From NCBI GenBank assembly GCA_023414355.1, contig JAEZOB010000038.1, positions 5,022 through 69,021 of the forward strand: a DNA stretch of 64,000 nt, written 5' to 3'. Below the pieces are notes generated by a model. That model saw only the letters and a program-made list of their open reading frames with translations. It was not told the DNA's origin and made no database searches. Source of the DNA: Bacillota bacterium. Its GTDB lineage: Bacteria; Bacillota; Clostridia; Lachnospirales; Lachnospiraceae. Below are positions 28,919 through 38,952 of the stretch, piece by piece; position 1 is the first letter of the stretch; each line of letters opens with the position of its first letter. The translations under genes were made by a program, and so were the position numbers.

Positions 28919-29774
28919 TCTTTATTCTTCCCCTCCACAATTTCAGTTTCTTAGGTTCAGCCGATTTATGCTGTATATCAGCTAATTTTGCTCTCAGATA
29001 ATCGCCGTCTACGTTGCGGATTAATTTACCTCCTTTGGCAATGGATACCTTCCCCGTCTCCTCAGAAACAATGATTGTCAAGCTGTCCGTAACCTCACTG
29101 ATCCCGATTCCTGCACGATGACGTGTGCCTAAATCCTTGCTTAGCTGCATGTTATCCGACAACGGAAGATAGCAGGTCGCAGCGACAATACGATTTCCCC
29201 GTAGAATCACTGCCCCGTCATGGAGTGGTGTATTATGCTCAAATATATTAATTAAAAGTTCACTGCTGATCATACTGTCAATAAATATGCCGGTACTTTC
29301 AAAATCATTCAGAGGAGTTTCTTCCTCCATAACAATCAATGCTCCGGTCTTTGTTCTGGCAAGCTCAAAGGTGGCTCTGACTATCTCGTTCAAGGTATGG
29401 TCAGAAAATTTATCATTGTCTCTGGAATCATCAAAGCTGATGAAGGATTTCACCAGGTTCTTCTGTCCCAGCTGCTCCAGTGCTTTTCTAAATTCAGGTT
29501 GAAACAGGATAACAATCGCGATAATACCTACGTTAATCGTATTTTTGATAATCCAGATAATTACATTCAGATCCAGAATTACTGCAAAAAGCCAAAAGGC
29601 CATGACAACAACCAGACCCTTTACCAAAGCCCAGGCTCTTGTATTCTTGACCCATTTAACAACATGATAAATAAGGTATGCCAGAATGCATATTTCAACG
29701 ATATCTGTGATGCTGATCTTCGGGACTGAGATCCACACCAAATAATCCTTTATAAAATTCTTGATAGCCTCCAT
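28899..29774 (-). CDS. cdaA: Membrane-bound diadenylate cyclase CdaA
   Basis: Three TM helices and FQPEFR, GALIV, PLHDGA, GTRHRA and SEETG motifs. Confidence 0.93.
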   Translation of the reverse strand: MEAIKNFIKDYLVWISVPKISITDIVEICILAYLIYHVVKWVKNTRAWALVKGLVVVMAFWLFAVILDLNVIIWIIKNTINVGIIAIVILFQPEFRKALEQLGQKNLVKSFISFDDSRDNDKFSDHTLNEIVRATFELARTKTGALIVMEEETPLNDFESTGIFIDSMISSELLINIFEHNTPLHDGAVILRGNRIVAATCYLPLSDNMQLSKDLGTRHRAGIGISEVTDSLTIIVSEETGKVSIAKGGKLIRNVDGDYLRAKLADIQHKSAEPKKLKLWRGRIKNEREVD

Positions 29775-29805
29775 ATGCCTTCTCCCCTACTGCAAAACTG
29801 TCTGA

Positions 29806-30885
29806 CTAATCATCCATCCGGTTCTTACGTACTGTTTTTGTAGTATTGCCATAATCGAAGTCATCATTATTCTCGGAATAAGCTTCTTCCTCTTCGTCAT
29901 ATTCCTCTTCCTCGGAATCCCTTTTATGCGTACTTTGTCTGGAGATTTCCTTCGAAAGCTCCTTTACATTAATATGCTTTACCTTCATCTCCGGAGTCGT
30001 GACAGTAATCTTCGGAACTGCCTTTACATAATAGTAATAGACATCATCCTCGAATTGTGCAAGCTCAACCCCCGAATAATCCAAGGTCAGGCGGAAGAAG
30101 TGAACGATATAAACGATTACTCCGGAAGCAATCGTACCTAAAATCATGGCAAAAATCTGATCGGATTTATCGAGTATCACATCGCTGATCAAAAAGCCCA
30201 GAACACTGGTCAATGCACCTACAGCAATGGAAATTTCATGAGCATAGTCAAATTTCATTTTTCTTACATAATAAACAACGATTAAAATCAAAGAAAAGAT
30301 TACAATTGACAACAGCATCTGCTTGTTTTTCGTCAACCCGTCTATCACATCGGTATATAGCTTCAGAATATCATCCACTGTAGTGTTGACCTGAGTATTG
30401 ACCGCAGCCTTGACCAATTGAAAGATATAATATACTGCAACACCACAGGCGGTAGGAATGATTGCGATCGGTGTAGCTATGATACCCAAAAGGATCGGGA
30501 TGACATACGGTATCTTAAATACAAAAAGGATCGGAACCGCCAGCAGTACATAGCCGTACCTGGGTGTGAACCTTGCAAAAAGGAAATAGATGATCATAAA
30601 CAATATGACAACCAATATAGAAAGCATCGGCGATGCATAATATACATGCAGTGCTGACATCAAGGTCGCCAGCAGCACCATAACTGCAGAAGGGGTAAAC
30701 GCGCTGAGCAATGACAGCACGAGCACCACAGGCAGGGATTTCAGCCTGGAATCAAAGCCTATCTCCATATTGATGGCAGTAAATGAAATCAAAGCAAAAA
30801 TAAACTTTACAACCGGTATGATATATATGTCATGTCTTTGATAAAAATTCTTTACACGTTCTCGTAATACCAATAAAGGCATCAT
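29806..30885 (-). CDS. Polytopic membrane protein of unknown function
   Basis: About 9 hydrophobic segments, a C-terminal LDY..E..QFEDD.YYYYVKAVPK motif and an acidic tail. Confidence 0.7.
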   Translation of the reverse strand: MMPLLVLRERVKNFYQRHDIYIIPVVKFIFALISFTAINMEIGFDSRLKSLPVVLVLSLLSAFTPSAVMVLLATLMSALHVYYASPMLSILVVILFMIIYFLFARFTPRYGYVLLAVPILFVFKIPYVIPILLGIIATPIAIIPTACGVAVYYIFQLVKAAVNTQVNTTVDDILKLYTDVIDGLTKNKQMLLSIVIFSLILIVVYYVRKMKFDYAHEISIAVGALTSVLGFLISDVILDKSDQIFAMILGTIASGVIVYIVHFFRLTLDYSGVELAQFEDDVYYYYVKAVPKITVTTPEMKVKHINVKELSKEISRQSTHKRDSEEEEYDEEEEAYSENNDDFDYGNTTKTVRKNRMDD

Positions 30886-30903
30886 AAATGTTCCCTCCCA
30901 AAC

Positions 30904-31317
30904 CTAAACTTCCGGTGTCTCCTCATTATAGATTTTGTTCAAGCGTTTCAGCAATTTATAATAGCGGGACAGCTTCTTGCGCGATAAATCATATTTGATG
31001 GAATACCCCACTGAGGCTCCCAAACCATAAAGCGCAGCAACAATAATATAAATACCCAAAGCATAGGTACCGACCATCCTGTAGTCAAGGGTAACTGCAT
31101 TTTTTATTATATACTCTGATTGATATATTAAAATCAGTAGAAGAATGAGAGCATACCCGACTGTTGCACATATGATTGATTTGATTACCTGATATCTGAC
31201 GTAGTCTGTCTTATAATATTTACTCAGACGAATATCTTCCCTGCCGACCTTAGTTTCATAGACGGCAAGCTTTGTCATCAGTCTGACCTTATCCGTATTT
31301 AACATAGTTCCCTCCAA
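30904..31317 (-). CDS. Small two-TM membrane protein of unknown function
   Basis: Two hydrophobic helices; same strand and tightly spaced with the downstream genes; the ATG at about 31305 follows GGAGGG. Confidence 0.65.
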   Translation of the reverse strand: MEGTMLNTDKVRLMTKLAVYETKVGREDIRLSKYYKTDYVRYQVIKSIICATVGYALILLLILIYQSEYIIKNAVTLDYRMVGTYALGIYIIVAALYGLGASVGYSIKYDLSRKKLSRYYKLLKRLNKIYNEETPEV

Positions 31318-31457
31318 GTAGAGAATTGCTGTATCTGCATACTATACTGCATTTTACTTATTATAGCATATACAATATTGAATTTCGAGGATTTTTTTCT
31401 GTTTTGGAAATTTTCGATAGAAACATCACCGGACTATTTAAATAATAATCAAGTAGA

Positions 31458-31516
31458 AAACGAAGACACCAGCTTCCCTCACACACTCGTTGGAAGGAAT
31501 GCTAATGTCTTCGTTT
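31458..31516 (-). terminator. Hairpin downstream of the acid-sugar operon
   Basis: AAACGAAGACA...TGTCTTCGTTT inverted repeat. Confidence 0.5.
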
Positions 31517-31582
31517 CCTATTTGTTTATTATATTGAAACAGCCCAAATTTTTATGTTAATTCTATACTGTCACAGCGCCTT

Positions 31583-32863
31583 TTACATAGGGAATATAAC
31601 AATTGCAGCTACGCACAGTGCAAGGATACGTATAAAGTACATGGGGATGGTAAACTTCCAGAATTCAGGAAGCTTATATTTACCCATACCAAAGATGATT
31701 GCAGGCATACCATCGATTGGCATGTATCCGCCATTCCAACCGGATATGGTCACTGCAACTGCTGCAGCGGTGGGGTTGAGACCCAGAGCCATACAGGCAG
31801 CAATCGCGATGGGAGCAAAGATGAATACTGATCCCATATTTGATCCGGTGAAAGTAGCACAAGTACTGGTCAGAAGGGCAAAAATCACGATAATGATAAA
31901 GGGATTCACGCCGCTGCCTACTGCACTTGCTACGTTTTCACCAACCATAGCTGTGAAACCGGAATTAGCCAAAGCGTCAGCCACACCGATTACACCGGCC
32001 ATCATGAGGATTACGGGAGCACCCATATTGTCACGGACTTCCTTGAAGTTGAGTGCACCGATCATAAGTACGAAGGTTGCTGCAAGACCGGGAATGACAT
32101 AAGCGATATTACCTAACTTGTTCATGAGCATCATACCGATTACACTAACCGCAAATGCACCAATGATGCTGTACTCTTTCCATGCAGGCATAGTGTTTGC
32201 ATTGGTTCCCTGAATATTCTTAGCCTCTTCAGAAGCTTCGGAAATGGGATGATCAGGTAAGAAGCGGTAAGAAATTAAGCTCCAGGCAAGGAAAGCGATT
32301 GACATAATTGCTGTCACAGTACTGAATTTCACCATGGACATCTTTTCGGTAAACCCGGCGGTTTCCAGTACAGTGAGTGCAACACCGAAGTGAAGTGCAA
32401 CATTGACAGGAACCAACGGATGATTGGTTGCGAAGCCTAAGGGCATCATAAGCTTAGAGGTAGGAAGTTTTTTATTGTAGGGAAGGGTGGACACCAGGGA
32501 CAGGATCAGCACATAGTAGCCTGTAGCACCGCTACCTACCAGACTGGCACCAAGCATAATAACTACGAGAAGCAGTGCATAGCTCTTGTAACCGCCCTTA
32601 TTCACCAGGGTTACCATGGCGTTTTTGACCTTATCAATAAAGCTGGTTTTTTGCAGAGCAGCCATAACTACCATAAAGCCGGCAATCATGATAACACTGG
32701 GGTTTACAAAACCTGCGAAAGCCTCCTGAACAGTGGAAAGGCCGGTAACTACCAGCAATAAGCAGGCGATGATCGGCGGAGCGCCGAAGGCAAACTTGTC
32801 AGTCATGATCATTACGATCATCAGGATCAAGATACCAAGAGCAAGAATCATTTGAGTTGTCAT
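31583..32863 (-). CDS. SLC13/CitMHS-type (DASS-like) organic acid permease
   Basis: Highly hydrophobic; EAFAGF.N..VI and G.GKY...EF.K motifs. Confidence 0.75.
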   Translation of the reverse strand: MTTQMILALGILILMIVMIMTDKFAFGAPPIIACLLLVVTGLSTVQEAFAGFVNPSVIMIAGFMVVMAALQKTSFIDKVKNAMVTLVNKGGYKSYALLLVVIMLGASLVGSGATGYYVLILSLVSTLPYNKKLPTSKLMMPLGFATNHPLVPVNVALHFGVALTVLETAGFTEKMSMVKFSTVTAIMSIAFLAWSLISYRFLPDHPISEASEEAKNIQGTNANTMPAWKEYSIIGAFAVSVIGMMLMNKLGNIAYVIPGLAATFVLMIGALNFKEVRDNMGAPVILMMAGVIGVADALANSGFTAMVGENVASAVGSGVNPFIIIVIFALLTSTCATFTGSNMGSVFIFAPIAIAACMALGLNPTAAAVAVTISGWNGGYMPIDGMPAIIFGMGKYKLPEFWKFTIPMYFIRILALCVAAIVIFPM

Positions 32864-32966
32864 ATTGTATTTCTCCTCTCTTTTATTAAGAATAAGTATC
32901 TATCTCATAGCGGCAGTTGAATGACCGCCTTACGAAAATGTGTGGTCGTCCGGTACGACAATAGGC

Positions 32967-34052
32967 TTAGTTGCCGGCGACTTTTTCCTGTCCCTTTGTC
33001 ATGCGGACAGCATAATCAATTGCATTCACGAGACTCAGCTCGTTGCTGTTACCCTTTCCGGCCAGTGCAAAACCGGTACCATGGTCTACGCTGGTACGGA
33101 TGATAGGCAGTCCCAAAGTTACATTGACTCCCTCCACCGCTTTCCAGGCCTGCATCTCACGGTCATATACAAAACCGACTGTTTTAAGTGGAATATGTCC
33201 CTGGTCATGATACATGCATACCACGATGTCATACCAGCCTCCCAGTGCCTCCGAAAATACACTATCCGGCGGTATGGGTCCGATTGCATTGATTCCGGAT
33301 ACCTTAGCTGCTTCAATGGCGGGCCTGATCTCCTGGATCTCCTCGGTGCCAAACAATCCATTCTCTCCACAATGAGGGTTCAGACCGGCAACCGCTATTC
33401 TGGGTTTCTCAATGCCAAGTCCTAAGCAGGCGCCATTGGCGATCTCGATGACCTCCAGCACCCGATCCTTCTTAACCCGATCACAGGCTTCACGAAGAGA
33501 AACATGGGTTGAAACATGAACCACACGCAGATCATGATGGGCAAGCATCATGGTATACTTTTTGGTGCCTGTATAGGTTGCATAGATTTCAGTATGACCG
33601 TCGAAGTGAGTGTATCCATCGGAGCCCTCTCCTTTATAATGTTCCAGTGCCATATTCAGGGCTTCTTTGTTCAGAGCATTGGTGCAGGTTGCGTCCACCT
33701 CACCTGCGAGTGCCAGCTCGATGACCTTCTTCACACATTGGAAAGCTGCATTACCACCCTCAATACTGACCTTTCCGATTTCAAAGCGGTCAATCTCTTC
33801 GATCAGAGGGAGATGCAGCACATCCACTATTCCGGGAGTGAACCGCGCATCCGTTACTTTCTCACAGCGGTGAATTTGGATTTCCGGTCTTCCCACGAAA
33901 CGGGTGGCCTGCTCCAGAATTCCGGCATCACCCACTACAATGGGGCGACAACGGTCGTACAGATCAAAATGGGCCAGTGCCTTGATGGTGATTTCAGGTC
34001 CATTACCGGCCGGGTCTCCCATGGTAATTCCCACAATCGGTTTTTTATTCAT
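32967..34052 (-). CDS. pdxA2: PdxA-family dehydrogenase (PdxA2; D-threonate/erythronate 4-phosphate dehydrogenase-like)
   Basis: TMGDPAG.GPE, GHTE, STHVSL, GLNPH.GE, MYHDQGH and RTSVDHGT motifs; same operon as a DUF1537 kinase. Confidence 0.85.
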   Translation of the reverse strand: MNKKPIVGITMGDPAGNGPEITIKALAHFDLYDRCRPIVVGDAGILEQATRFVGRPEIQIHRCEKVTDARFTPGIVDVLHLPLIEEIDRFEIGKVSIEGGNAAFQCVKKVIELALAGEVDATCTNALNKEALNMALEHYKGEGSDGYTHFDGHTEIYATYTGTKKYTMMLAHHDLRVVHVSTHVSLREACDRVKKDRVLEVIEIANGACLGLGIEKPRIAVAGLNPHCGENGLFGTEEIQEIRPAIEAAKVSGINAIGPIPPDSVFSEALGGWYDIVVCMYHDQGHIPLKTVGFVYDREMQAWKAVEGVNVTLGLPIIRTSVDHGTGFALAGKGNSNELSLVNAIDYAVRMTKGQEKVAGN

Positions 34053-34070
34053 GATCGATACCCCTCCTTC

Positions 34071-34979
34071 TCAGCTCATGCCTTTGGCAGCATTTTCAGC
34101 CAAGACCTTTTTCAGTGCCTCTAGTCCTTCCTCCGAAACCTGATTGAAGGGTGCACGACACTTACCTACGTTGTAACCCAGCAGTGCAACTGCTGTTTTG
34201 ACGATCGTATTGGGATTACCATACTGAAATACCGACCGTAGGGAAGCAATGGAATCCTGAGCCGCCTGAGCTTCCGTAAGTCTCCCGGCCTCAAACAGGT
34301 CGTAGATGGACGACAATACACGGGGATATACATTAGCGCAGCCTGTGATTCCACCGGCACCACCCTCCTTCAGACAGGGCAGGATCAGTGAATCATTGCC
34401 GGAAAGAACTCGGAAGTCTTTGTCCAAATCACGTGTCAGTGTGATGTATGACAGAAGATTGTCCCAGTCTCCACTGGAGTCCTTGACCCCCTGTATCACG
34501 TCCACATCCTTAGCCAGTCTCGCTACGGTTTCAGGCAAAAGCTTGTTACCGGTACGGGCGGGGATATTGTACAGCACAATGGGGATATTCACATGCTTTG
34601 CAACCGTAGCATAATGATCATACAACTCCTGTTGGGAGGCCAACGCAAAGCTGGGCGTAATAATGGATAGGATGTCGGCTCCCAGCTCTTCTGCCTTCTT
34701 GCTCATGCGGATGGTATCAGCGGTAGAGATGCAGCCGGTTCCGGCATAGACGGGAACCCGTCCCTTTACCTGATCTATGGTGGCTTCCAGAAGCTCTAGC
34801 TTTTCCTTCTCGCTGAGTATATAGCCCTCACCGTTGGTGCCAAAGGGAAACAGTCCATGGACACCGCCCTCGATCATACGCTCAATCTGCTGACGCAGCA
34901 TTTCGATATTGATACTCTCGTCTTCCTTCATTGGGGTCAAGATCGCAGGGATGATACCCTTCACTTCTATCTGTTTCAT
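34071..34979 (-). CDS. DHDPS/NAL-family class I aldolase or dehydratase
   Basis: GTNGE, LYNIP and Schiff-base GVKDSSG motifs; the catabolic context argues against DapA. Confidence 0.82.
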   Translation of the reverse strand: MKQIEVKGIIPAILTPMKEDESINIEMLRQQIERMIEGGVHGLFPFGTNGEGYILSEKEKLELLEATIDQVKGRVPVYAGTGCISTADTIRMSKKAEELGADILSIITPSFALASQQELYDHYATVAKHVNIPIVLYNIPARTGNKLLPETVARLAKDVDVIQGVKDSSGDWDNLLSYITLTRDLDKDFRVLSGNDSLILPCLKEGGAGGITGCANVYPRVLSSIYDLFEAGRLTEAQAAQDSIASLRSVFQYGNPNTIVKTAVALLGYNVGKCRAPFNQVSEEGLEALKKVLAENAAKGMS

Positions 34980-34996
34980 CTATCTATCTCCTTTCA

Positions 34997-36157
34997 TCAC
35001 ATGATTTCCTGATACAGAGCCCGGGCATCGGCAGGGGTGACTTCACGCATATTGTTCACCAGAAGGCGCTGTACCTGCATTCCTGCCTCTACCAGTACTT
35101 CCAGGTCTTCATCGGGAACTCCGAACTCCTTTAGGTTGGTTGGAATGTCCAGATCTTTCACGATCCTCTCCATCCAAGCTAACAGATAGGCACTCTTTTC
35201 CTCCACTGTGGAGCAGCTTCGTTCTGTGTGGACACAACGGTCATAAGCAGTGGCGAATTTCTCCCGACATACCGGTTCGTTAAAACGCATGACCGGTGCA
35301 AGTAGGATCGCATTGGATACACCGTGTGCTATGTGGTACTTACCACCCAGGGGATAACTCAGGGCATGTACGGCAGTCGTGCCGGAGGCTGTGATGGCAA
35401 GTCCACCGTAGTAAGCTGCGATCTGCATCTTATTTTTGGCCTCCATGGCTCCGGGATCATTACAAGCATCCAGAATATTATTTAGGATCAGATCCAGACC
35501 CTCCAATGCATACACATCGCTGAAGGGATTGGCCTTCTTGCTAGTAAAGCACTCAATGCAATGTGCCAGTGCATCCACACCTGTGGCAGCTGCTATTTTA
35601 CGAGGTAAGTTCCGAATCATTCTGGCATCCAGAATCACATAGTCTGCGATCATATTTTCGTTGACTATTCCGACCTTAAGCTCCTTTTCGGGGACTGCCA
35701 CGATAGCATTGGGCGTCACCTCAGCTCCTGTTCCTGCAGTTGTGGGAATGAGAATGATCGGGACGCACTTCTGCGCGCGACCGGGATCTTCCAGAAGCTC
35801 CTTAATGCCATACTCCTCGGTGACCAGCACACTGGCCAATTTAGCTGCATCCATCACACTGCCGCCACCACAGGCTACGATCATATCAGCGCCGCTGACT
35901 TTGAACTGATCCACCAGCTTCTGCACGGCGGTATAGGTCGGCTCCGGTGGCAAATCGTCCAGGATATAATAGTCAACCCCTGCGGCTTTCACCGCCTCCT
36001 CCGGTAAGGATAACAATCCGCTATCTTCTATTCCCTTATCAGTAAATACAGCAACCCGTCTGACCTGCCGGGATTTTAGGATGGAGGTGATATTCTCTAT
36101 GGCATTTTCCCCACCATATACAGCATGGGGCATTTTGATATTATAGGTTTTTAGCAT
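34997..36157 (-). CDS. Iron-containing alcohol dehydrogenase
   Basis: GGGSVMD, PTTAGTG, DALAH and VHALSY...HIAHG motifs; start moved to 36157 to avoid overlap with the upstream gene. Confidence 0.88.
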   Translation of the reverse strand: MLKTYNIKMPHAVYGGENAIENITSILKSRQVRRVAVFTDKGIEDSGLLSLPEEAVKAAGVDYYILDDLPPEPTYTAVQKLVDQFKVSGADMIVACGGGSVMDAAKLASVLVTEEYGIKELLEDPGRAQKCVPIILIPTTAGTGAEVTPNAIVAVPEKELKVGIVNENMIADYVILDARMIRNLPRKIAAATGVDALAHCIECFTSKKANPFSDVYALEGLDLILNNILDACNDPGAMEAKNKMQIAAYYGGLAITASGTTAVHALSYPLGGKYHIAHGVSNAILLAPVMRFNEPVCREKFATAYDRCVHTERSCSTVEEKSAYLLAWMERIVKDLDIPTNLKEFGVPDEDLEVLVEAGMQVQRLLVNNMREVTPADARALYQEIM

Positions 36158-36176
36158 TGACAAATTCCCTGCTTTC

Positions 36177-37337
36177 TTAGCGTATCTGAGCAGCTGTGGG
36201 ATTATACAGTCCCATTTGTTCCCTTTTTGCTCCCAGTATATCCTGCTCGGTAAAGCGAACATACTTCACTCCGTGACGAGTGTGGGAAGCATATGCGAGA
36301 TGCAGCATTCCGTCTGCGGATTGCATCAGATAGGGATACTCATACTGCCGATTATTGGTTTTATTCTCATCACCCATGAAGCCCTCGCCCCGTTCCATCC
36401 AGCGGATTATGGGGAAGGTCAGGCCGCCGTCCTCAGACAGAGCTACAGCCACCGGGCAACGCAGTCCAGGCCACGCCGCCTTGCCGGGTTGATGAACCGG
36501 TGCACAGGTAGGATTGCAGGCAACCGCGATACGGCCACTCTGTAACTTAAGAGCACTGATACTTGAGTTGTTGTTGGGCAATGGAGTCGGTGCCGGCTCG
36601 CTCCAGGTCTCACCCCAGTCAAAAGACTCACTGCGATGAATGCGGTATGCCTCACGATTTCGCATAAAGGCAACCAGATGGCCATTTTCCAGTTCAACCA
36701 CGTTGGCATGAACATGACCATTGCTCTTAGGCATCATGACCATACGCCAGGTCTTGCCTTCATCGTCTGAGATGCGGAAGGCAGTGGGATCACCGGATAA
36801 CCCGTCCACTGAATCGGTGCACAACCAGTTAGCAAAGATCCAACGTCCATTGGAGAGGATCTGGATCGGCTGACGGCAGAAGGTACCCTCCTCCGGGAAA
36901 ATCGTCTCATAGGGTCCCCAGGTCCTGCCACCATCGGTGCTTTTCTGACAGCGGACAACAGCGGTGTACTGCATGTTATCTTTGCCCTCCTGACGATCAA
37001 GCTGAGCAGTGTACATAGCCCAGACAGCCTGATCGGGGCCAAAGAACAGAGAAGGGTTCTGCTCGCTGCGGGTGGGATCACCGGAGATATCGACCGGTGG
37101 CAACCAGGCAGTACCGTCCTTAGGAAGGATTGAGCAGATGATATGGATATCGGCACTACCCTCGTAAGTACCGGCAAACCAGCAGCACAGCAGGTCGCCA
37201 TTTGGAAGTTCCAGTAATGCAGGGGAATGAGCTGTGGGATATCCACCGGTGGGTAAAAGTGCCTCCAGTATTCCCATGTCAACATTTTCATAGATGGTAC
37301 CGTCCCAGGTCAGACCAGGTAGCTTTGCATATTTCAT
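36177..37337 (-). CDS. BNR/Asp-box beta-propeller (sialidase-like) protein, no signal peptide
   Basis: Four Asp boxes (STDGGRTW, SDDEGKTW, SFDWGETW, SEDGGLTF) plus WFAG..EG, PNNNS and YEYP motifs. Confidence 0.8.
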   Translation of the reverse strand: MKYAKLPGLTWDGTIYENVDMGILEALLPTGGYPTAHSPALLELPNGDLLCCWFAGTYEGSADIHIICSILPKDGTAWLPPVDISGDPTRSEQNPSLFFGPDQAVWAMYTAQLDRQEGKDNMQYTAVVRCQKSTDGGRTWGPYETIFPEEGTFCRQPIQILSNGRWIFANWLCTDSVDGLSGDPTAFRISDDEGKTWRMVMMPKSNGHVHANVVELENGHLVAFMRNREAYRIHRSESFDWGETWSEPAPTPLPNNNSSISALKLQSGRIAVACNPTCAPVHQPGKAAWPGLRCPVAVALSEDGGLTFPIIRWMERGEGFMGDENKTNNRQYEYPYLMQSADGMLHLAYASHTRHGVKYVRFTEQDILGAKREQMGLYNPTAAQIR

Positions 37338-37409
37338 GTTGTTGTCCTCCTATCAATTATTTATATTTCTGATTAAAGTATCCTACTTGTTCTTCTATCC
37401 CAAATCTAT

Positions 37410-38702
37410 TTAAGGTTCTTTTGTTGTGATACCGGAAATCTTGCGTGCAAGATCGATCATCAGAGTCTTTGGACCGAAGCCGCCAGATTTGGAAATCACC
37501 TGGTATTTCTTCTCTCCGAGAGAGAACCTGGACAACACCGTCCCCGGTGCCAACTCACAGATTGGCTCCATTTCCCTTACCTCCAACTGCTCCATGCAAC
37601 CCAGCAGCGTATCTCCTCCTGTAATCATAAGAGTGCTTTCCAGACCGTCTTCCAGAAGGGATTTCAAAACACGGCCGAAGGAAACAGCAATTCGCACCCG
37701 AAGCTCATCCAGACAGAGTCCATTGGCTTTTGCATATTCTCTGGTGTCCTCACGTCCGGGCAGATCATTACTGTCTAAAATCATGTAAGGATGCTGTGTT
37801 ATCAGTCTCTTCCATTCATTAAGCTTTTCCCGACCTCGCGCGCCGTACCAGAACTCCTGGTCCAGACGTTCCTCCGGGTTTAGCCGGATTCTATAAAATC
37901 CATGTGTCTCTGCATAGTCTAGCTGAGCTGAAGTAATCGGATTTACGCTGCCACAGATTACCAGCAATTTATCAATCAGCTTTATGTCCGGTCTTTGCTC
38001 ACCCTTGAGTCCCAGAAGTCCCGACAGTACAGAGGCAAAGCCTGCACAGCCCGCTGTCAGATGCAGCTGATCTGTTTCATAAAGATGTTGTCCCAAAATC
38101 TCCAGTTCTTCATCCGTCTCAGCATCCCATACCATAAGCTCAGGCTCTTTCGTGGCTCCTTCGCTGTTCTCATTCGTAGCATTGTATCGGTCATTGATCG
38201 TTCTGACCCCGACCTTTACTTGACTCTGGGTTCCGATTATCTGTGGAATATAGGAACAGGTCACCGGTTCAAAGGGGTCCTGTCCAAATACACTATCGTT
38301 TACCGGAATACCTTCAATGTAATGAATTCCTTCCTTCGTATAACGCTTCATCTTGGGAAAGGCCGGAAGAAAGGATAGGGTATTTCCTCCCGCAGCTTCG
38401 AGCATCGCTGTCAACTCACTGCCAATATTTCCTCTTAAGGCTGAATCCGTTTTCTTATAAAGATAAGGAATATTCTGTGCCAATGCTCTTTTGGTGATAT
38501 CGTAAATAATACTATAAGCCTCGCTTGAGCTCAGGTGTCTTGTTTCCGCATCCATGACCAGGACTTGAACCTCCGAATCCATCCGTTGGAAATCATAATC
38601 CGCATTGGTCACTACTCTGGTGTTTGCTCCGCCTGCAGCAAACTGCACCCCGGTATCTAGGGCACCTGTAAAGTCATCCGCAATAATCAACAGAGTTACC
38701 AT
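37410..38702 (-). CDS. Four-carbon acid sugar kinase (DUF1537 family)
   Basis: IADDFTGALD, KKTDSALRGN, GS....T..Q, TGGDT and KSGGFG motifs. Confidence 0.9.
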   Translation of the reverse strand: MVTLLIIADDFTGALDTGVQFAAGGANTRVVTNADYDFQRMDSEVQVLVMDAETRHLSSSEAYSIIYDITKRALAQNIPYLYKKTDSALRGNIGSELTAMLEAAGGNTLSFLPAFPKMKRYTKEGIHYIEGIPVNDSVFGQDPFEPVTCSYIPQIIGTQSQVKVGVRTINDRYNATNENSEGATKEPELMVWDAETDEELEILGQHLYETDQLHLTAGCAGFASVLSGLLGLKGEQRPDIKLIDKLLVICGSVNPITSAQLDYAETHGFYRIRLNPEERLDQEFWYGARGREKLNEWKRLITQHPYMILDSNDLPGREDTREYAKANGLCLDELRVRIAVSFGRVLKSLLEDGLESTLMITGGDTLLGCMEQLEVREMEPICELAPGTVLSRFSLGEKKYQVISKSGGFGPKTLMIDLARKISGITTKEP

Positions 38703-38821
38703 AGTTTCACCACCTTATGCCCATTTTATAAACAATCAAACTTTTCATTACTTTTTTCTCCTATTACATTTATTATTTTATACAGTTTTATAAGAAAGAA
38801 CAATAAAGTTTTATCATAAAC

Positions 38822-38898
38822 TGTTCAATTATAGAACTATTTGTATTTTTATATTGAGAAATGTGTTCAAATATGTTACACTGTTTCATTATGGAACA
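38822..38898. promoter_or_regulatory. Three 17-bp imperfect palindromes, probably sites for the PrpR-type regulator
   Basis: TGTTCAATTATAGAACT (38822), TGTTCAAATATGTTACA (38864) and TGTTTCATTATGGAACA (38882). Confidence 0.6.
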
Positions 38899-38952
38899 TA
38901 TAAAGATACAAATTTGATCATTCTGTCTGAAATAGAGCTAGGAGGTGTGTAA

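Noticed and set aside
32967..34052. Vitamin B6 biosynthetic pdxA
   Set aside because: There is no pdxJ nearby, and linkage to a DUF1537 kinase indicates catabolic PdxA2.
34071..34979. dapA (lysine biosynthesis) or nanA call
   Set aside because: The GTNGE motif and the catabolic context, with no nanK/nanE, support only a family-level call.
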